Assembly: GCA_046331705.1 (NCBI GenBank)
Contig: JAXLQJ010000038.1
Location: forward strand, 1 to 64,000
DNA: 64,000 nucleotides
Direction: 5' to 3'
Source: a bacterium
GTDB lineage: Bacteria > JADJOY01
In this document: positions 1 through 13,276 of the stretch, piece after piece
Numbering within the stretch: position 1 is the first letter of the stretch
Layout: each line of letters begins with the position of its first letter
Position numbers and translations under genes: made by a program
The notes under the pieces: generated by a model
Told to the model about the DNA's origin: nothing
Seen by the model: only the letters and a program-made list of their open reading frames with translations
Database searches by the model: none

Positions 1-181
1 GGTCAAGGCGCGCGCCAAGGGCAAGGCAACCGCCGCGGAGTGACGCGCGCCGCGCGTCGCTCACCCGCGCATTCGATCTCTCGACGCATTTGCGCCGCGC
101 TCCTCGGGGAGCGCGGCGCTTTTCGTTTTCGGGATTGGCCTGGCCGGGCGGTCGCTCGCGCGGATGCGCCCGGGCCAGCGC

Positions 182-529
182 TCATTGCTGCAGGATGAAC
201 TTGTAGTTGTCCTCGAGCTCGGCGGTGAAGAAGTAGCCGAAGATCGCAGCCAGCAGCGCCAAGAGGTGGATGTCGGCCTTGTAGACCGAATCGATTCCCG
301 TCTCGATCGTCTTGTAGCCCGGCTTCTCGATCTTGACGTAGTAGGTCTTCGGCACGCCACCGCGATCCTGGTAGATCACGGGCGAGGGACCCAGGAACTG
401 CCCGTTCACGGTCACGTTCGCGCCTTCGGGCTCGGTCACGATTCGCGAGCTGTGAAGACAACCCGAAACGAGCACGACGGCGGCGAGTACCAGGCAAGTG
501 CGCTTCGAGCGCGGTCGAGTCTCGATCAT
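182..529 (-). CDS. PEGA domain-containing lipoprotein
   Basis: Hydrophobic signal ending VSGC (lipobox-like), then PEGA-like IVTEPEGANVTVNGQFLGPSP...KIEKPGYK; start moved to ATG 529. Confidence 0.65.
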   Translation of the reverse strand: MIETRPRSKRTCLVLAAVVLVSGCLHSSRIVTEPEGANVTVNGQFLGPSPVIYQDRGGVPKTYYVKIEKPGYKTIETGIDSVYKADIHLLALLAAIFGYFFTAELEDNYKFILQQ

Positions 530-638
530 CGATGAGGCTCCTGTCAGCGATCGGTGAGGACGAACGCGCCCGTTGTAGCGATCCGAGCGCGAGGCCGTCA
601 AGGATGCGTATCGACGCACGCTCGCGAAAAGCACGGGT

Positions 639-668
639 TTGACGCGAGGAATTCCGCGTTCCTAGAAT
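639..668 (+). promoter_or_regulatory. sigma70-type promoter for ORF 703
   Basis: TTGACG(639-644)-N18-TAGAAT(663-668). Confidence 0.5.
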
Positions 669-702
669 CGCGACGTCGACTTCGATCAAGCACGCACGGA
701 CG

Positions 703-1095
703 ATGCAGACCACCCGCGATCGACGCGCACGGCGCCGCAGGCGCTGGCGAAACGTGCTCGCGCTCTACCTGAGCGTGTGCGTCGTGCCGATGGCGTTCGC
801 GGGAAAGAAGTACGACGGCGGCCCCTGGCCGTTCCTGGCGAGCTGCTGCATCGGGCCGCGCGTCGGGTTGCAGATGAACGAGGGCGTCGCGCTGCGCGAC
901 TACGAGCAATTCGCGTGGCTGCCGGTGGTGGGGTGGTTCGGCTATCGCTTCTACATGGCGTGGGAGGCCGGCCAAGGGCGCACGTTCTCGGAGATCGCCG
1001 CCGAGGAGAATCTGCTCCCCTCCGCGGAGGCGAAGCCCGGCGAGCCGCAGCCCGCGCCAGCGGCCGAGGGCGGCGCGGCCGCCGCGTCTCATTGA
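703..1095 (+). CDS. hypothetical exported/membrane protein
   Basis: Arg-rich N-region, hydrophobic stretch and AFA signal-peptidase-like site; GC3-biased codons; upstream promoter. Confidence 0.6.
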   Translation: MQTTRDRRARRRRRWRNVLALYLSVCVVPMAFAGKKYDGGPWPFLASCCIGPRVGLQMNEGVALRDYEQFAWLPVVGWFGYRFYMAWEAGQGRTFSEIAAEENLLPSAEAKPGEPQPAPAAEGGAAAASH

Positions 1096-2447
1096 TCGTC
1101 GTCGCGGTCGCCACCCGGCAGCTCGCGCGCCCGTCTCGCCTGCTCGAGCCGCCCGCGGATCTCGGCTTCGAAGCCGCGGTCCGTGGGCTGGTAGAACGCG
1201 CGCCCGACGAGCCGATCGGGTAGGTGGGTCTGTGGTGCCACCGCGCCTTCGAAATCGTGCGCGTACCGGTAGTCGCGCCCGTAGCCCAGTTCCTTCGTGA
1301 GCGAGGTCGGAGCGTTGCGCAGGTGAAGTGGCACGGGCAGCGAGCCGCTCGCGCCGATCTCGGCCAGCACGCGCCCCATCGCCGCGTAGGACGCGTTCGA
1401 CTTCGGCGCGCACGCCAGGTAGACGGCGCATTGCGAGAGTGGGATGCGCGCCTCGGGCAGGCCCACGAACTCGAGCGCCTCCTTCGCGGCGACGGCCAAC
1501 GGCAAGGCCTGTGGGTCCGCGTTTCCGACGTCCTCTGCGGCGAAGACGATCATCCGGCGCGCGACGAAACGGGCGTCCTCGCCGGCTTCCAGCATCCGCA
1601 GCATCCAGTAGAGCGCCGCATCCGGGTCCGACCCGCGCAGGCTCTTGATGAAGGCGCTCGCCAGGTTGAAGTGCTCCTCGCCCGCCTTGTCGTAGCGCAG
1701 CGACCTGCGCTGGGTCGCTTCCTGGACCGCCTCGGCATCGATGCGGCCGGAGCCCGCGGGCGGCGCCACGATCTCCGCGGCGATCTCGAGCAGGCCGAGG
1801 GCCTGGCGGGCATCACCCTCGGCGAGCCGCGCGATGAGCTCGAGGGTGTCGCGCTCGGCGGCGACGCCGCGCGCGCCCAGCCCGCGCTCGCGGTCACTCA
1901 GCGCCCGCTCCAGCACGCCCGCGATTCGTTCGTCGCCGAGCGGACGCAACGTCAGCACCCGCGCCCGCGACAGCAACGGCCCGATCACCTCGAACGAGGG
2001 GTTCTCGGTGGTGGCACCGATCAGGACGATCGTGCCGTCCTCGACGTGGGGCAGGAGCGCGTCCTGCTGGCCCTTGTTGAAACGATGGATCTCGTCGACG
2101 AAGAGAGCGGTGCGCGCGCCACCGCGTCGGCGCCGCCGGGCTCGCTCGACCGCCTCGCGAATGTCCTTCACGCCTGCGAGCACCGCGCTCACCCGCTCCA
2201 GCTCGAAGCCCGCTTCGCGCGCGAGCAGATGGGCGAGCGTGGTCTTGCCGCTGCCTGGCGGCCCCCACAGGATCAACGACGGCAGCTCGCGCCGCGCGAG
2301 CAGCGACGTGAGCAGCTTGCCGCTGCCGAGGAGGTGCTCCTGGCCGACGAACTCCTCGAGCGCGCGCGGTCGCATTCGCTCCGCGAGCGGCGCGTCGCGG
2401 GCCACCGACGGCGTCGGCCCGTCCTCGAAGAGGTCACCGGTCGTCAC
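1089..2447 (-). CDS. rarA: replication-associated recombination protein A (RarA/MgsA AAA+ ATPase)
   Basis: PLAERMRP, GPPGSGKTT, FVDEIHRFNKGQQDALLP, GATTENPSFEV, SAFIKSLRGSDPDAA, VPLHLRNAPT; start estimated at GTG 2447. Confidence 0.95.
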   Translation of the reverse strand: MTTGDLFEDGPTPSVARDAPLAERMRPRALEEFVGQEHLLGSGKLLTSLLARRELPSLILWGPPGSGKTTLAHLLAREAGFELERVSAVLAGVKDIREAVERARRRRRGGARTALFVDEIHRFNKGQQDALLPHVEDGTIVLIGATTENPSFEVIGPLLSRARVLTLRPLGDERIAGVLERALSDRERGLGARGVAAERDTLELIARLAEGDARQALGLLEIAAEIVAPPAGSGRIDAEAVQEATQRRSLRYDKAGEEHFNLASAFIKSLRGSDPDAALYWMLRMLEAGEDARFVARRMIVFAAEDVGNADPQALPLAVAAKEALEFVGLPEARIPLSQCAVYLACAPKSNASYAAMGRVLAEIGASGSLPVPLHLRNAPTSLTKELGYGRDYRYAHDFEGAVAPQTHLPDRLVGRAFYQPTDRGFEAEIRGRLEQARRARELPGGDRDDDQ

Positions 2448-2586
2448 GAGCGGCGACGCTAGCACGCGACCCCGCGAACGGGTACGAGCACGACCCCACC
2501 GATGCGCGGCACGCGCGTCGCACCCGCTGCGACGCGAGCTATACTCGCGCGATTCTACCGTCGGGATCGCCGCGCACGCCTCCGGA

Positions 2587-4365
2587 ATGCTGGTCGAGCT
2601 CCATCTCAAGAACCTGGCGATCTTCGAGGACGAGCGGATCGTCTTCGGGGAAGGGTTGAACGTCATCACCGGCGAGCCGGGCGCGGGGAAATCCCTCGTC
2701 GCGGGCTCGATCGGGCTGCTGCTCGGCGCCAAGGGCGACCCCGACCGAATCCGCTCGGGCGCGGACGACGCGGAGGTCGAGGCGCTCTTCGCCGTCGATC
2801 CGAGCGTCGCGGCGGGGGCGTCGTTGCCCGCCGAGGTTCGGGACGGCGAGGTGGTGCTGCGTCGCTCGCTGCGTCGCAGCGGCCGCGGCGGGTCCGCGAT
2901 CAACGGCAATCTGGCGGCAACCTCGCAGCTCGCGACGCTCGCGCTCAAGCTGGTCTCGCTCGTCGGACAGCACGAGCACCAACGCCTCCTCGATCCCGAC
3001 TGGCACCAGGTCTTGCTCGACCGCAGCGCGGGACTCTGGGAAGCGCGCCGCGAGCTCAAGGGGCTGGTCGCCCGCTGGCGCGAGCTCGACGTGGAGCTCG
3101 CGACCTTGCGCGAGAGCGCGGCGCGACGCGATGCGGTCCTCGCGCGCGTGGCGCTCGAGCTCGCGGAGATCGAGCGCGTGGCGCCCAAGCCCGGCGAGGA
3201 CGCCGAGCTGACGCGCGAGCGCGAGGTGCTTCGCCACGCCGGCGAGCTCACGGAGGTGGCGGCTCGCGGCCGCGAGCTGCTCTACGAGGGCGATCAGGCG
3301 GCGCTCACCTTGGTGGAGCGAGTGCGCGCCGAGCTGGCGCGCGCGCAGCGTCTCGACCCGTCGCTCGAGGACATCGTCAAGCTCTTGCAGCCCGCGGAGA
3401 TCGCGCTCCAAGAAGCCGGTCGCGCGCTCATTGGCTACGGCTCGGCGATCGACCCGGACCCCGATCGGCTGGAGACGATCGAAGCGCGCCTCAACGCCCT
3501 CGATCGTCTGAAGCGGGCTTACGGTGGCACGCTCGGTGACGTGCTCGACAAGGCCGCCGCGCTGCGCGCCGAGCGCGCGAGCCACGAGGCCGAGCCCGGC
3601 CGTCTCGAGGCGCTCGCGTTGGAGCTCGCGGCGGCCCAGGACGCCGCACGCAGTCGCGCCCGCGCGATGAGCGAGCGGCGCGCGGCGCACGCGAGCGTGC
3701 TTGCCGGGGCGATCGAGCGGGAGCTCGAGACCCTGGGGATGGAGGCGTGCCGGTTCCGCGTGGAGGTCGCGAGCCCGGCGTCGAACGAGGAGCGCGATCC
3801 GGGACCCGCCGGCTGGGACGACGTGCGCTTCTTGATCGCGCCGAATCAGGGGGAGGACCTGAAGCCGCTCGACCGCATCGCGTCGGGAGGCGAGCTCTCG
3901 CGGGTGTTCCTGGCGCTCTCGCGGCACCTCGAGGCGAGCGACGATCGGCCGTCGTTCTTCTTCGACGAGGTCGACGCCGGCATCGGCGGCGCGGTGGCGG
4001 AAGTGGTGGGTCAGAAGCTGCGCGAGATCGCGCGGCACACGCAGGTGCTCTGCATCACCCACCTGCCGCAGATCGCCTGCCTGGGCGATCGTCACGTCAG
4101 GCTCTGGAAAGAGACCGTCGGAGCGCGTACGGTCGCGCACGCCGAGGAGGTCCGCGGTGACGCGCGAGTGCGCGAGGTCGCGCGCATGCTCGGTGGTGCC
4201 GAGCTGACCGAGACCACGCTGAAGCATGCGAGAGAGATGATCGAGAACGCCGGCCGCTCCGGCGTGGCGTCGCGCAAGCCAGACCACGGCGAGACGCCGC
4301 GGCGCGGCGCGCGGCCGACGGCGAGCACGCGGCGCGGTGGCACGACCCGGCGCGGCGTCGATTGA
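2587..4365 (+). CDS. recN: DNA repair protein RecN
   Basis: [22 protein letters not shown], coiled coil, [40 protein letters not shown]. Confidence 0.95.
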   Translation: MLVELHLKNLAIFEDERIVFGEGLNVITGEPGAGKSLVAGSIGLLLGAKGDPDRIRSGADDAEVEALFAVDPSVAAGASLPAEVRDGEVVLRRSLRRSGRGGSAINGNLAATSQLATLALKLVSLVGQHEHQRLLDPDWHQVLLDRSAGLWEARRELKGLVARWRELDVELATLRESAARRDAVLARVALELAEIERVAPKPGEDAELTREREVLRHAGELTEVAARGRELLYEGDQAALTLVERVRAELARAQRLDPSLEDIVKLLQPAEIALQEAGRALIGYGSAIDPDPDRLETIEARLNALDRLKRAYGGTLGDVLDKAAALRAERASHEAEPGRLEALALELAAAQDAARSRARAMSERRAAHASVLAGAIERELETLGMEACRFRVEVASPASNEERDPGPAGWDDVRFLIAPNQGEDLKPLDRIASGGELSRVFLALSRHLEASDDRPSFFFDEVDAGIGGAVAEVVGQKLREIARHTQVLCITHLPQIACLGDRHVRLWKETVGARTVAHAEEVRGDARVREVARMLGGAELTETTLKHAREMIENAGRSGVASRKPDHGETPRRGARPTASTRRGGTTRRGVD

Positions 4366-4408
4366 GGGCGGCGGTGGGATTCTCCAAACCGGAAGGGAGT
4401 GTGGATTC

Positions 4409-7123
<2,715 letters not shown>

Positions 7124-7131
7124 GCGCGGTC

Positions 7132-8346
7132 ATGGCCGAGACGAAAGGCGCTCGCCGGATCGTGGTCCCCGGATTTCGCTTCGCGGGCATCGCCGCGGGC
7201 ATCAAGGCCAGCGGCGCCCCCGATCTCGCGTTGATCGTCGCCGACGCGCCGGTGAGCGCCGCCGGCTTGTTCACGACCAACCGGGTGCAGGCTGCGCCGG
7301 TGCTGGTGTCGCGGCGACGGGTGGCCAAGGGGCGCGCGCGCGCGATCGTCGTCAACAGCGGCAACGCCAACGCGGCGACCGGCGCGCAGGGCATGGCGGA
7401 CGCGCTCGCGACGACGGCGCGCGTCGCGGACGCCCTCGGCGCGCGGCCCGCGGAGGTCCTGGTCTGCTCGACGGGTGTCATCGGCAGGCCGCTGCCGATG
7501 GACCGCGTGCTCGCCGGCGTCCCGAACGCAGTGGCCGCGCTTTCCCCGGCCGGGTTCGCCGCTGCATCCGAGGCGATCCTCACCACCGACACGCGACCGA
7601 AGCGGGTGGCGCGCCGCGTCGCCTTGCCGAACGGCCGGCGCGTGACGATCGCTGGATTCGCCAAGGGCGCCGGGATGATCGACCCGCGCATGGCGACGCT
7701 GCTCGCCTTCGTGCTCACCGACGCTCCGCTCGAGGCTCGGGCGCTGCGTGCGCTGCTGCGCGATGCGAACGAGCAGAGCTTCCACCGGATCACCGTCGAC
7801 GGCGATCGCAGCACCAACGACACGGTGCTGGCGCTCGCCAGCGGCGCCGCGGGCGGCGCATCGCTCGCGCCCGGCAAGCGCGGCTGGCGCGAGCTGGAAG
7901 CGGCCTTCGCCGAGGTCATGCACGATCTCGCCTTGGCCGTGGTGGCCGACGCGGAGGGCTGGACCCGCACGCTCGAGGTCGAGGTCCGCGGCGCGCGCAA
8001 CGAGCGCGATGCCTTGCTGGCCGCGCGGGCGATCGCCGGCAGCTTGCTGGTGAAGACCGCGGTTCACGGCGCCGATCCCAACTGGGGCCGGATCCTCGCC
8101 GCCGCGGGCTACAGCGGCGCGCGCTTCGATCCCGCGCGTGCCATCGTCGCGATCGGGCCGGTCGATCTCTACCACCGCGGGCGCCCGGCGGGGCCGGTGC
8201 CGCTCGCCCGAGCATCCACGCTCATGAAGACCCGCGCGCTGGTTCCGCTCCGGGTCGATCTCGCCGCCGGCGCGGCGGGTGCGACCGTGTGGACCTCGGA
8301 CCTTTCGGCCGAGTACGTCCGAATCAACGCCGACTACACGACCTGA
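7132..8346 (+). CDS. argJ: bifunctional glutamate N-acetyltransferase/ornithine acetyltransferase ArgJ
   Basis: NSGNANAATG, STGVIG, ILTTDT, KGAGMIDPRMATLL, DGDRSTNDT, DPNWGRI, YVRINADYTT. Confidence 0.95.
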   Translation: MAETKGARRIVVPGFRFAGIAAGIKASGAPDLALIVADAPVSAAGLFTTNRVQAAPVLVSRRRVAKGRARAIVVNSGNANAATGAQGMADALATTARVADALGARPAEVLVCSTGVIGRPLPMDRVLAGVPNAVAALSPAGFAAASEAILTTDTRPKRVARRVALPNGRRVTIAGFAKGAGMIDPRMATLLAFVLTDAPLEARALRALLRDANEQSFHRITVDGDRSTNDTVLALASGAAGGASLAPGKRGWRELEAAFAEVMHDLALAVVADAEGWTRTLEVEVRGARNERDALLAARAIAGSLLVKTAVHGADPNWGRILAAAGYSGARFDPARAIVAIGPVDLYHRGRPAGPVPLARASTLMKTRALVPLRVDLAAGAAGATVWTSDLSAEYVRINADYTT

Positions 8347-8463
8347 CCGCGCGCCGGCGTTGGTTGCCGGGTGACGCGTCGCGTGGTAGCTACGATGGAT
8401 TCTTCGGCGCGGGCTCGGCACCCTTCGTGGTGCGCGTGCGGATCTCGGGCACGCTCCTCGCCA

Positions 8464-8550
8464 TTCCCACCCTGCGGACCCGATTGCCGGCGGTGGGCAC
8501 CCCGAAGCGGGTGCCTCGTGCACGGGAGCGAAGCAGGGGAGGCCAAACCG
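8464..8550 (+). promoter_or_regulatory. putative rpsB (S2) autoregulatory leader RNA
   Basis: CCCTGC...GCAGGG closing stem, inner GGCACC-CCGAAGCG-GGTGCC hairpin, then GGAGGC-CAAACC just before the rpsB start, like known S2 leaders. Confidence 0.5.
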
Positions 8551-8563
8551 CAAGGGTGCAACC

Positions 8564-9391
8564 ATGTCCTATCTCTCGGTGAAGGAGTTGCTCGACGCGG
8601 GCGCCCACTTCGGGCACCAGACCCGCCGCCGCAACCCCAAGATGAATCCCTACATCTTCGGGGCGCGAAACGGCATTCACATCATCCACCTGGACAAGAC
8701 GCAGAAGCTCTTCGATCGCGCCTACGACTACATCGCCGAGTCGGTGGCGGGCGGTGGTGACGTCCTCTTCGTCGGAACCAAGAAGCAGGCGGAGGATGCG
8801 ATCGAGGAGGCCGCCAAGGGCTGTGGCATGCATCACGTCACGAAGCGCTGGCTCGGCGGCACGCTCACGAACTTCCGTACCGTTCGCCAGAGCGTCGAGA
8901 AGCTCAAGAAGATGCAGGCGCTGCTCGAGGACGAGGAGCGCGCGCGACTGATCGGCAAGAAGGAGCAGCTCGCGATCCGCCGCCGCATCGAGAAGATCGA
9001 GCGCTCGCTCGGCGGCGTGAAGGACATGAAGGACCTGCCGGGCTGCATGTTCGTGATCGACATCGGCAAGGAGCGCATCGCGGTGAGCGAGGCGCGCCGG
9101 CTCGGTATCCCCATCGTGGCGGTCGTCGACACCAACTGCGATCCGGATCTGGTCGACTACCCGATCCCCGGCAACGACGACGCGATTCGCGCCATCCGGC
9201 TGTTCGCGAGCAAGGTGTCCGAGGCGGTCAAGCTCGGAACCGCGGCGCGCGACGAGCGCGGCACACGGCCGAAGCCCCATCGCGGCGAGGCCGAGGAGGG
9301 CGATCGCGACCGCGTGAGCATGGGAACGTACGTGGACCGACGCGTGATTCGCGAGTCGCTCGAAGCCGACATCGAGGAGGAGGGTGGCTGA
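8564..9391 (+). CDS. rpsB: 30S ribosomal protein S2
   Basis: [49 protein letters not shown]. Confidence 0.98.
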   Translation: MSYLSVKELLDAGAHFGHQTRRRNPKMNPYIFGARNGIHIIHLDKTQKLFDRAYDYIAESVAGGGDVLFVGTKKQAEDAIEEAAKGCGMHHVTKRWLGGTLTNFRTVRQSVEKLKKMQALLEDEERARLIGKKEQLAIRRRIEKIERSLGGVKDMKDLPGCMFVIDIGKERIAVSEARRLGIPIVAVVDTNCDPDLVDYPIPGNDDAIRAIRLFASKVSEAVKLGTAARDERGTRPKPHRGEAEEGDRDRVSMGTYVDRRVIRESLEADIEEEGG

Positions 9392-9424
9392 CGCCAGCGC
9401 GCGTCGCCCCTTCGGGAGAGAGCC

Positions 9425-10021
9425 GTGGAGATCAATGCCAGCGACGTGAAGAAGCTCCGGGACATGACCGGGGCCGGAATGATGGACTGCAAGAAGGCGC
9501 TGGGTGAGACCGGCGGCGACTTCGAGAAGGCGGTCGACTACCTGCGCAAGAAGGGCATCGCGTCTGCCGAGAAGCGCGCGGGGCGCGACGCCACCGAGGG
9601 CATCATCCAGCACTACGTGCACTTCGACCAGAAGAAGGGTTGCCTGGTCGAGGTCAACTGCGAGACCGACTTCGTCGCGCGCACCGACGTCTTCCAGGCA
9701 TTCGCGAAGGACGTGGCGCTGCACGTGGTCGCCAAGCGGCCGGCCTACCTGAAGGCCGAGGACATCCCCGCCGAGGTGCTCGAGCGCGAGAAGGCGATTC
9801 ATCGCGAGCAGGCGGCGGCGAGCGGCAAGCCGCCGCAGGTGATCGAGAAGATCATCGAGGGTCGGCTGGCGAAGTTCTACGAGGAGGTCTGCCTCCTCAA
9901 TCAAGCGTTCGTGAAGGACGACTCGAAGACCGTCGGCGACATGGTCAAGGAGCTCGCCGGCAAGCTGGGCGAGAACGTCCAGGTCCGACGCTTCGTGGTC
10001 TACGAGGTCGGACGGGCGTAA
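9425..10021 (+). CDS. tsf: translation elongation factor Ts (short form)
   Basis: [29 protein letters not shown]; follows rpsB. Confidence 0.97.
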   Translation: MEINASDVKKLRDMTGAGMMDCKKALGETGGDFEKAVDYLRKKGIASAEKRAGRDATEGIIQHYVHFDQKKGCLVEVNCETDFVARTDVFQAFAKDVALHVVAKRPAYLKAEDIPAEVLEREKAIHREQAAASGKPPQVIEKIIEGRLAKFYEEVCLLNQAFVKDDSKTVGDMVKELAGKLGENVQVRRFVVYEVGRA

Positions 10022-10115
10022 GCCGGGCTCGCGAGCGGCGCTCATCGGAGCGCGCCTCGGTGCGGCTCCCGAGACCGCGCGAGCACGGTGGCGTAGGATC
10101 TCGCGGAAGGATCCC

Positions 10116-10853
10116 ATGAGCGCTGATCACCCTGCCACCCATCGCCGGTATCAGCGCGTTCTGCTCAAGATCTCGGGAGAGGCCCTCGCCGGCAAGGAGG
10201 GCTACGGCATCGATCCCGCTGCGCTCGAGCGAATCGCGCGCGAGGTGCTCGAGGCCAACTCGAGCGGTGTCGAGATCGCCGTGGTGGTCGGCGGCGGCAA
10301 CATCTTCCGCGGCCTCGCCGCGGCCGCGTCGCACGGCCTCGACCGCGCGATCGCGGATCACATGGGCATGATGGCGACCATCATGAACGCCCTGGCGCTG
10401 CAGGACGTGCTCGAGCGCGTGGGCGCCTCGACGCGGGTCCTCTCCGCCATCGAGATGCAGCAAGTCTGCGAGCCGTTCATCCGCCGTCGCGCCATTCGCC
10501 ACCTGGAGAAGGGGCGAGTGGTGGTGTTCGCGGCGGGTACCGGGAATCCGTATTTCACGACGGACACCGCCGCAGCGCTGCGTGCCGCCGAGATCCACGC
10601 CGACGTGCTGCTCAAGGCCACCAAGGTGAACGGCGTCTACGATCGCGACCCGGTCAAGCACCCCGACGCGACCATGTTCGACCGGCTCACGTACCGGGAA
10701 GTGATCCAGCGCGGCATCCAAGTCATGGACACCACCGCGATCGGACTGTGCATGGACAACCACCTGCCGATCGTGGTGTTCAACCTGCTCGAGCACGGCA
10801 ACATCCAACGCGTTGTGGCGGGCGAGCCGATCGGCACGCTGGTAGCGGAGTGA
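10116..10853 (+). CDS. pyrH: UMP kinase
   Basis: [44 protein letters not shown]. Confidence 0.97.
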   Translation: MSADHPATHRRYQRVLLKISGEALAGKEGYGIDPAALERIAREVLEANSSGVEIAVVVGGGNIFRGLAAAASHGLDRAIADHMGMMATIMNALALQDVLERVGASTRVLSAIEMQQVCEPFIRRRAIRHLEKGRVVVFAAGTGNPYFTTDTAAALRAAEIHADVLLKATKVNGVYDRDPVKHPDATMFDRLTYREVIQRGIQVMDTTAIGLCMDNHLPIVVFNLLEHGNIQRVVAGEPIGTLVAE

Positions 10854-10856
10854 ACC

Positions 10857-11414
10857 GTGGAGAACGATCTCCTGCGCGACGTCAAGGAGAAGATGGACAA
10901 GGCGGTGCAGTCCTTCGCCAAGGATCTCACCAAGATCCGCACGGGTCGTGCACACATCTCGCTGCTCGACGGGATCAAGGTGCAGGCCTATGGCAGCCCC
11001 ATGCCGCTCAACCAGGTGGCGAGCTTGAGCGCCCCGGAGCCGCGTCTGATCGCGATCCAGCCCTGGGACAAGAGCCTGATGGGCGCCATCGAGAAGGCGA
11101 TCCTCACCAGTGATCTCGGCTTGATGCCGACCAACGACGGCAAGCTGATTCGAATCCCGATCCCGCAGCTCACCGAGGAGCGGCGCAAGGAAATCGTCAA
11201 GACCATCCGCAAGCACGCCGAGGCGGCGCGCGTGGTGGTCCGCAACTTGCGCCGCGAAGGCAACGAGTCCCTGAAGGAGCTCGAGAGCGAGGGGCTGATC
11301 ACCGAGGACGACGAGCGGCGCCTGCACGCGGACGTGCAGAAGATGACCGACGATCACGTCGCGCGCCTCGATCAGATCCTCGCCGACAAGGAGAAGGAGA
11401 TCATGGAGGTCTGA
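10857..11414 (+). CDS. frr: ribosome recycling factor
   Basis: IRTGRA, IQPWDKS, IPQLTEERRKE, KEKEIMEV. Confidence 0.97.
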   Translation: MENDLLRDVKEKMDKAVQSFAKDLTKIRTGRAHISLLDGIKVQAYGSPMPLNQVASLSAPEPRLIAIQPWDKSLMGAIEKAILTSDLGLMPTNDGKLIRIPIPQLTEERRKEIVKTIRKHAEAARVVVRNLRREGNESLKELESEGLITEDDERRLHADVQKMTDDHVARLDQILADKEKEIMEV

Positions 11415-11488
11415 GCGTTCCCTGGGAGCGCTCGAGCTCTTCGTGGCGAGGCGCGCGGCCGACCGAGACCGCGCGGCGTCGAGCCACG

Positions 11489-12358
11489 GTGATGTCCGAC
11501 CCCGACATGACGTTCGAGCCGCGCGACGCAGTGCAGCGCTCCGCTCCGACCGACGACTCGGCGGCGGAGCGCGCGCAGATCGAACGATTTCGCGCCGAGC
11601 TCGCCGGCGCGGCGCTGCCGCGTCACGTGGCGGTGATCATGGACGGCAACGGCCGTTGGGCCGAGCGGCGCGGTCAGACCCGCGTGCTCGGGCATCGCCG
11701 GGGCGCGGCGGCCGTGCGTCAGGTGATTCGCACCTCGAGCCGGCTGGGCATCGAGGTGCTGACCCTGTACGCGTTCAGCCGCGAGAACTGGAGCCGCCCG
11801 CCGGACGAGGTGCGGGCGCTCATGAGCCTGATTCGCCGCTACGTGCGCAACGAGGTCGAGGAGATCCACGAGCAGCGCGTGCGCTTCAACGTCATCGGCC
11901 GATTCGAGGAGCTGCCCGCGGAAGTGCGCCGCGACCTGGGCCGGGCGATGGACAAGACCCGCGACAACGACGGCATGTTGCTCAACGTGGCGCTCAGCTA
12001 CTCCGGGCGCGTGGACATCCTCGACGCCTGTCGGAGGCTGGCGACGCGTGTGGCCGCCGGCACGCTCTCGGCCGAGGCTCTCACCGCAGACGACCTCGGG
12101 GCCGAGCTCTCCACCGCAGGGATGCCCGACCCGGACCTGCTCATCCGCACCGGTGGCGACCTGCGCGTGTCGAATTTCCTGCTCTGGCAGATCGCCTACG
12201 CCGAGCTCTACTTCACGGACGTTCTGTGGCCCGACTTCTCGAACCAGCATCTCTTCGACGCGATCGGGGCGTACGCGGGGCGCGAGCGTCGCTTCGGCAA
12301 GACTTCCTCGCAGGTCCGGCCATCGCCGAGCCCCGCGCGCGATGGCGCACGAGAGTGA
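11489..12358 (+). CDS. uppS: undecaprenyl diphosphate synthase
   Basis: HVAVIMDGNGRWA, LYAFSRENWSRP, DLLIRTGGDLRVSNFLLWQIAYAE, RERRFG; exact start uncertain. Confidence 0.96.
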   Translation: MMSDPDMTFEPRDAVQRSAPTDDSAAERAQIERFRAELAGAALPRHVAVIMDGNGRWAERRGQTRVLGHRRGAAAVRQVIRTSSRLGIEVLTLYAFSRENWSRPPDEVRALMSLIRRYVRNEVEEIHEQRVRFNVIGRFEELPAEVRRDLGRAMDKTRDNDGMLLNVALSYSGRVDILDACRRLATRVAAGTLSAEALTADDLGAELSTAGMPDPDLLIRTGGDLRVSNFLLWQIAYAELYFTDVLWPDFSNQHLFDAIGAYAGRERRFGKTSSQVRPSPSPARDGARE

Positions 12359-12365
12359 GCGAACC

Positions 12366-13214
12366 ATGTTGAAAGACCGCCTGCTCACCGCCGCCGTCGC
12401 GATCCCGATCCTGCTGGCCATCGTGTTCGGTGGCGGCACGATCGGTTTCCTGGGTCTGATCCTGGTGGTCAACGGCATCGCGCTCCACGAGTTCTGGGCG
12501 CTGTTCCCACACGAGAGCGCCGCGGGCGCCGTGGATCGAACGGGCTACCCCCTGGCGCTGGTCGCCACCTCGGTGCTGGTGATCGCGTTCCACGGCGGCG
12601 ACAACCTGTTGGTCGCCGAGGCGATGATGGGCGTGCTGCTGGTGACGCTCGCCGCGTCGGTGGTGGGCTCCCGTGACCTGCGCGCGCGCAGCCGCACGGT
12701 GTTCACGACGCTCACCGCCACGCTCTACGTGACGGTGCTGCTCGGCCACCTCGTGCTGATCCGTGCGCTGCCAGGCGGGGCGTGGTGGATCTTCATCTTG
12801 CTCGGGATCGTCATGATGTCGGACACGGCCGCCTATTTCTCCGGGCGGGCCTTCGGCAAGCACAAGCTGGCGCCGGCGGTGAGCCCGAAGAAGACCGTGG
12901 AAGGCGCGCTGGGCGGGCTCGCGGGATCGGCGCTCTTCGCGTGGATCGCCGTGAGCGCCCTCGGCTGGGAGCGGATCGGCTGGAAGCACGCGCTGTTGCT
13001 GGGGCTGGTGACCGGAGCCGTGAGCCAGATCGGTGATCTCGCCGAGTCGCTGCTCAAGCGGGGCGCCGACGTCAAGGACTCGGGAACGATCTTTCCCGGT
13101 CATGGCGGTCTGCTCGACCGGCTCGACAGCATCCTGCCCGGTGGCGTCGTGCTCTATTACCTCATCCGGACGCTGGGGCTGGACCGAGCCGCCGCCTTGC
13201 TCGGCGGTTCCTGA
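12366..13214 (+). CDS. cdsA: phosphatidate cytidylyltransferase
   Basis: Multi-TM; SDTAAYFSGRAFGKHKLAPAVSPKKTVEG, GDLAESLLKR, KDSGTIFPGHGGLLDRLDS; alternative start 12342. Confidence 0.95.
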   Translation: MLKDRLLTAAVAIPILLAIVFGGGTIGFLGLILVVNGIALHEFWALFPHESAAGAVDRTGYPLALVATSVLVIAFHGGDNLLVAEAMMGVLLVTLAASVVGSRDLRARSRTVFTTLTATLYVTVLLGHLVLIRALPGGAWWIFILLGIVMMSDTAAYFSGRAFGKHKLAPAVSPKKTVEGALGGLAGSALFAWIAVSALGWERIGWKHALLLGLVTGAVSQIGDLAESLLKRGADVKDSGTIFPGHGGLLDRLDSILPGGVVLYYLIRTLGLDRAAALLGGS

Positions 13215-13276
13215 GTTTCCCCGAGGCGCGCGGGAACCTCCAGCCAAGGCGCGCCGCCGCGTTACGCTGAGCACCC

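Noticed and set aside
2448..2586. LexA/SOS box between rarA and recN
   Set aside because: No convincing match to SOS motifs I know
2448..3251. N-terminal extension of the 720-aa RarA ORF (likewise the RecN, LeuA, PilT and methyltransferase ORFs)
   Set aside because: Overlaps neighbouring genes with low-complexity translation; family motifs begin at the later starts
9425..10021. Short 198-aa EF-Ts as a possible truncation
   Set aside because: The short form is normal in many lineages
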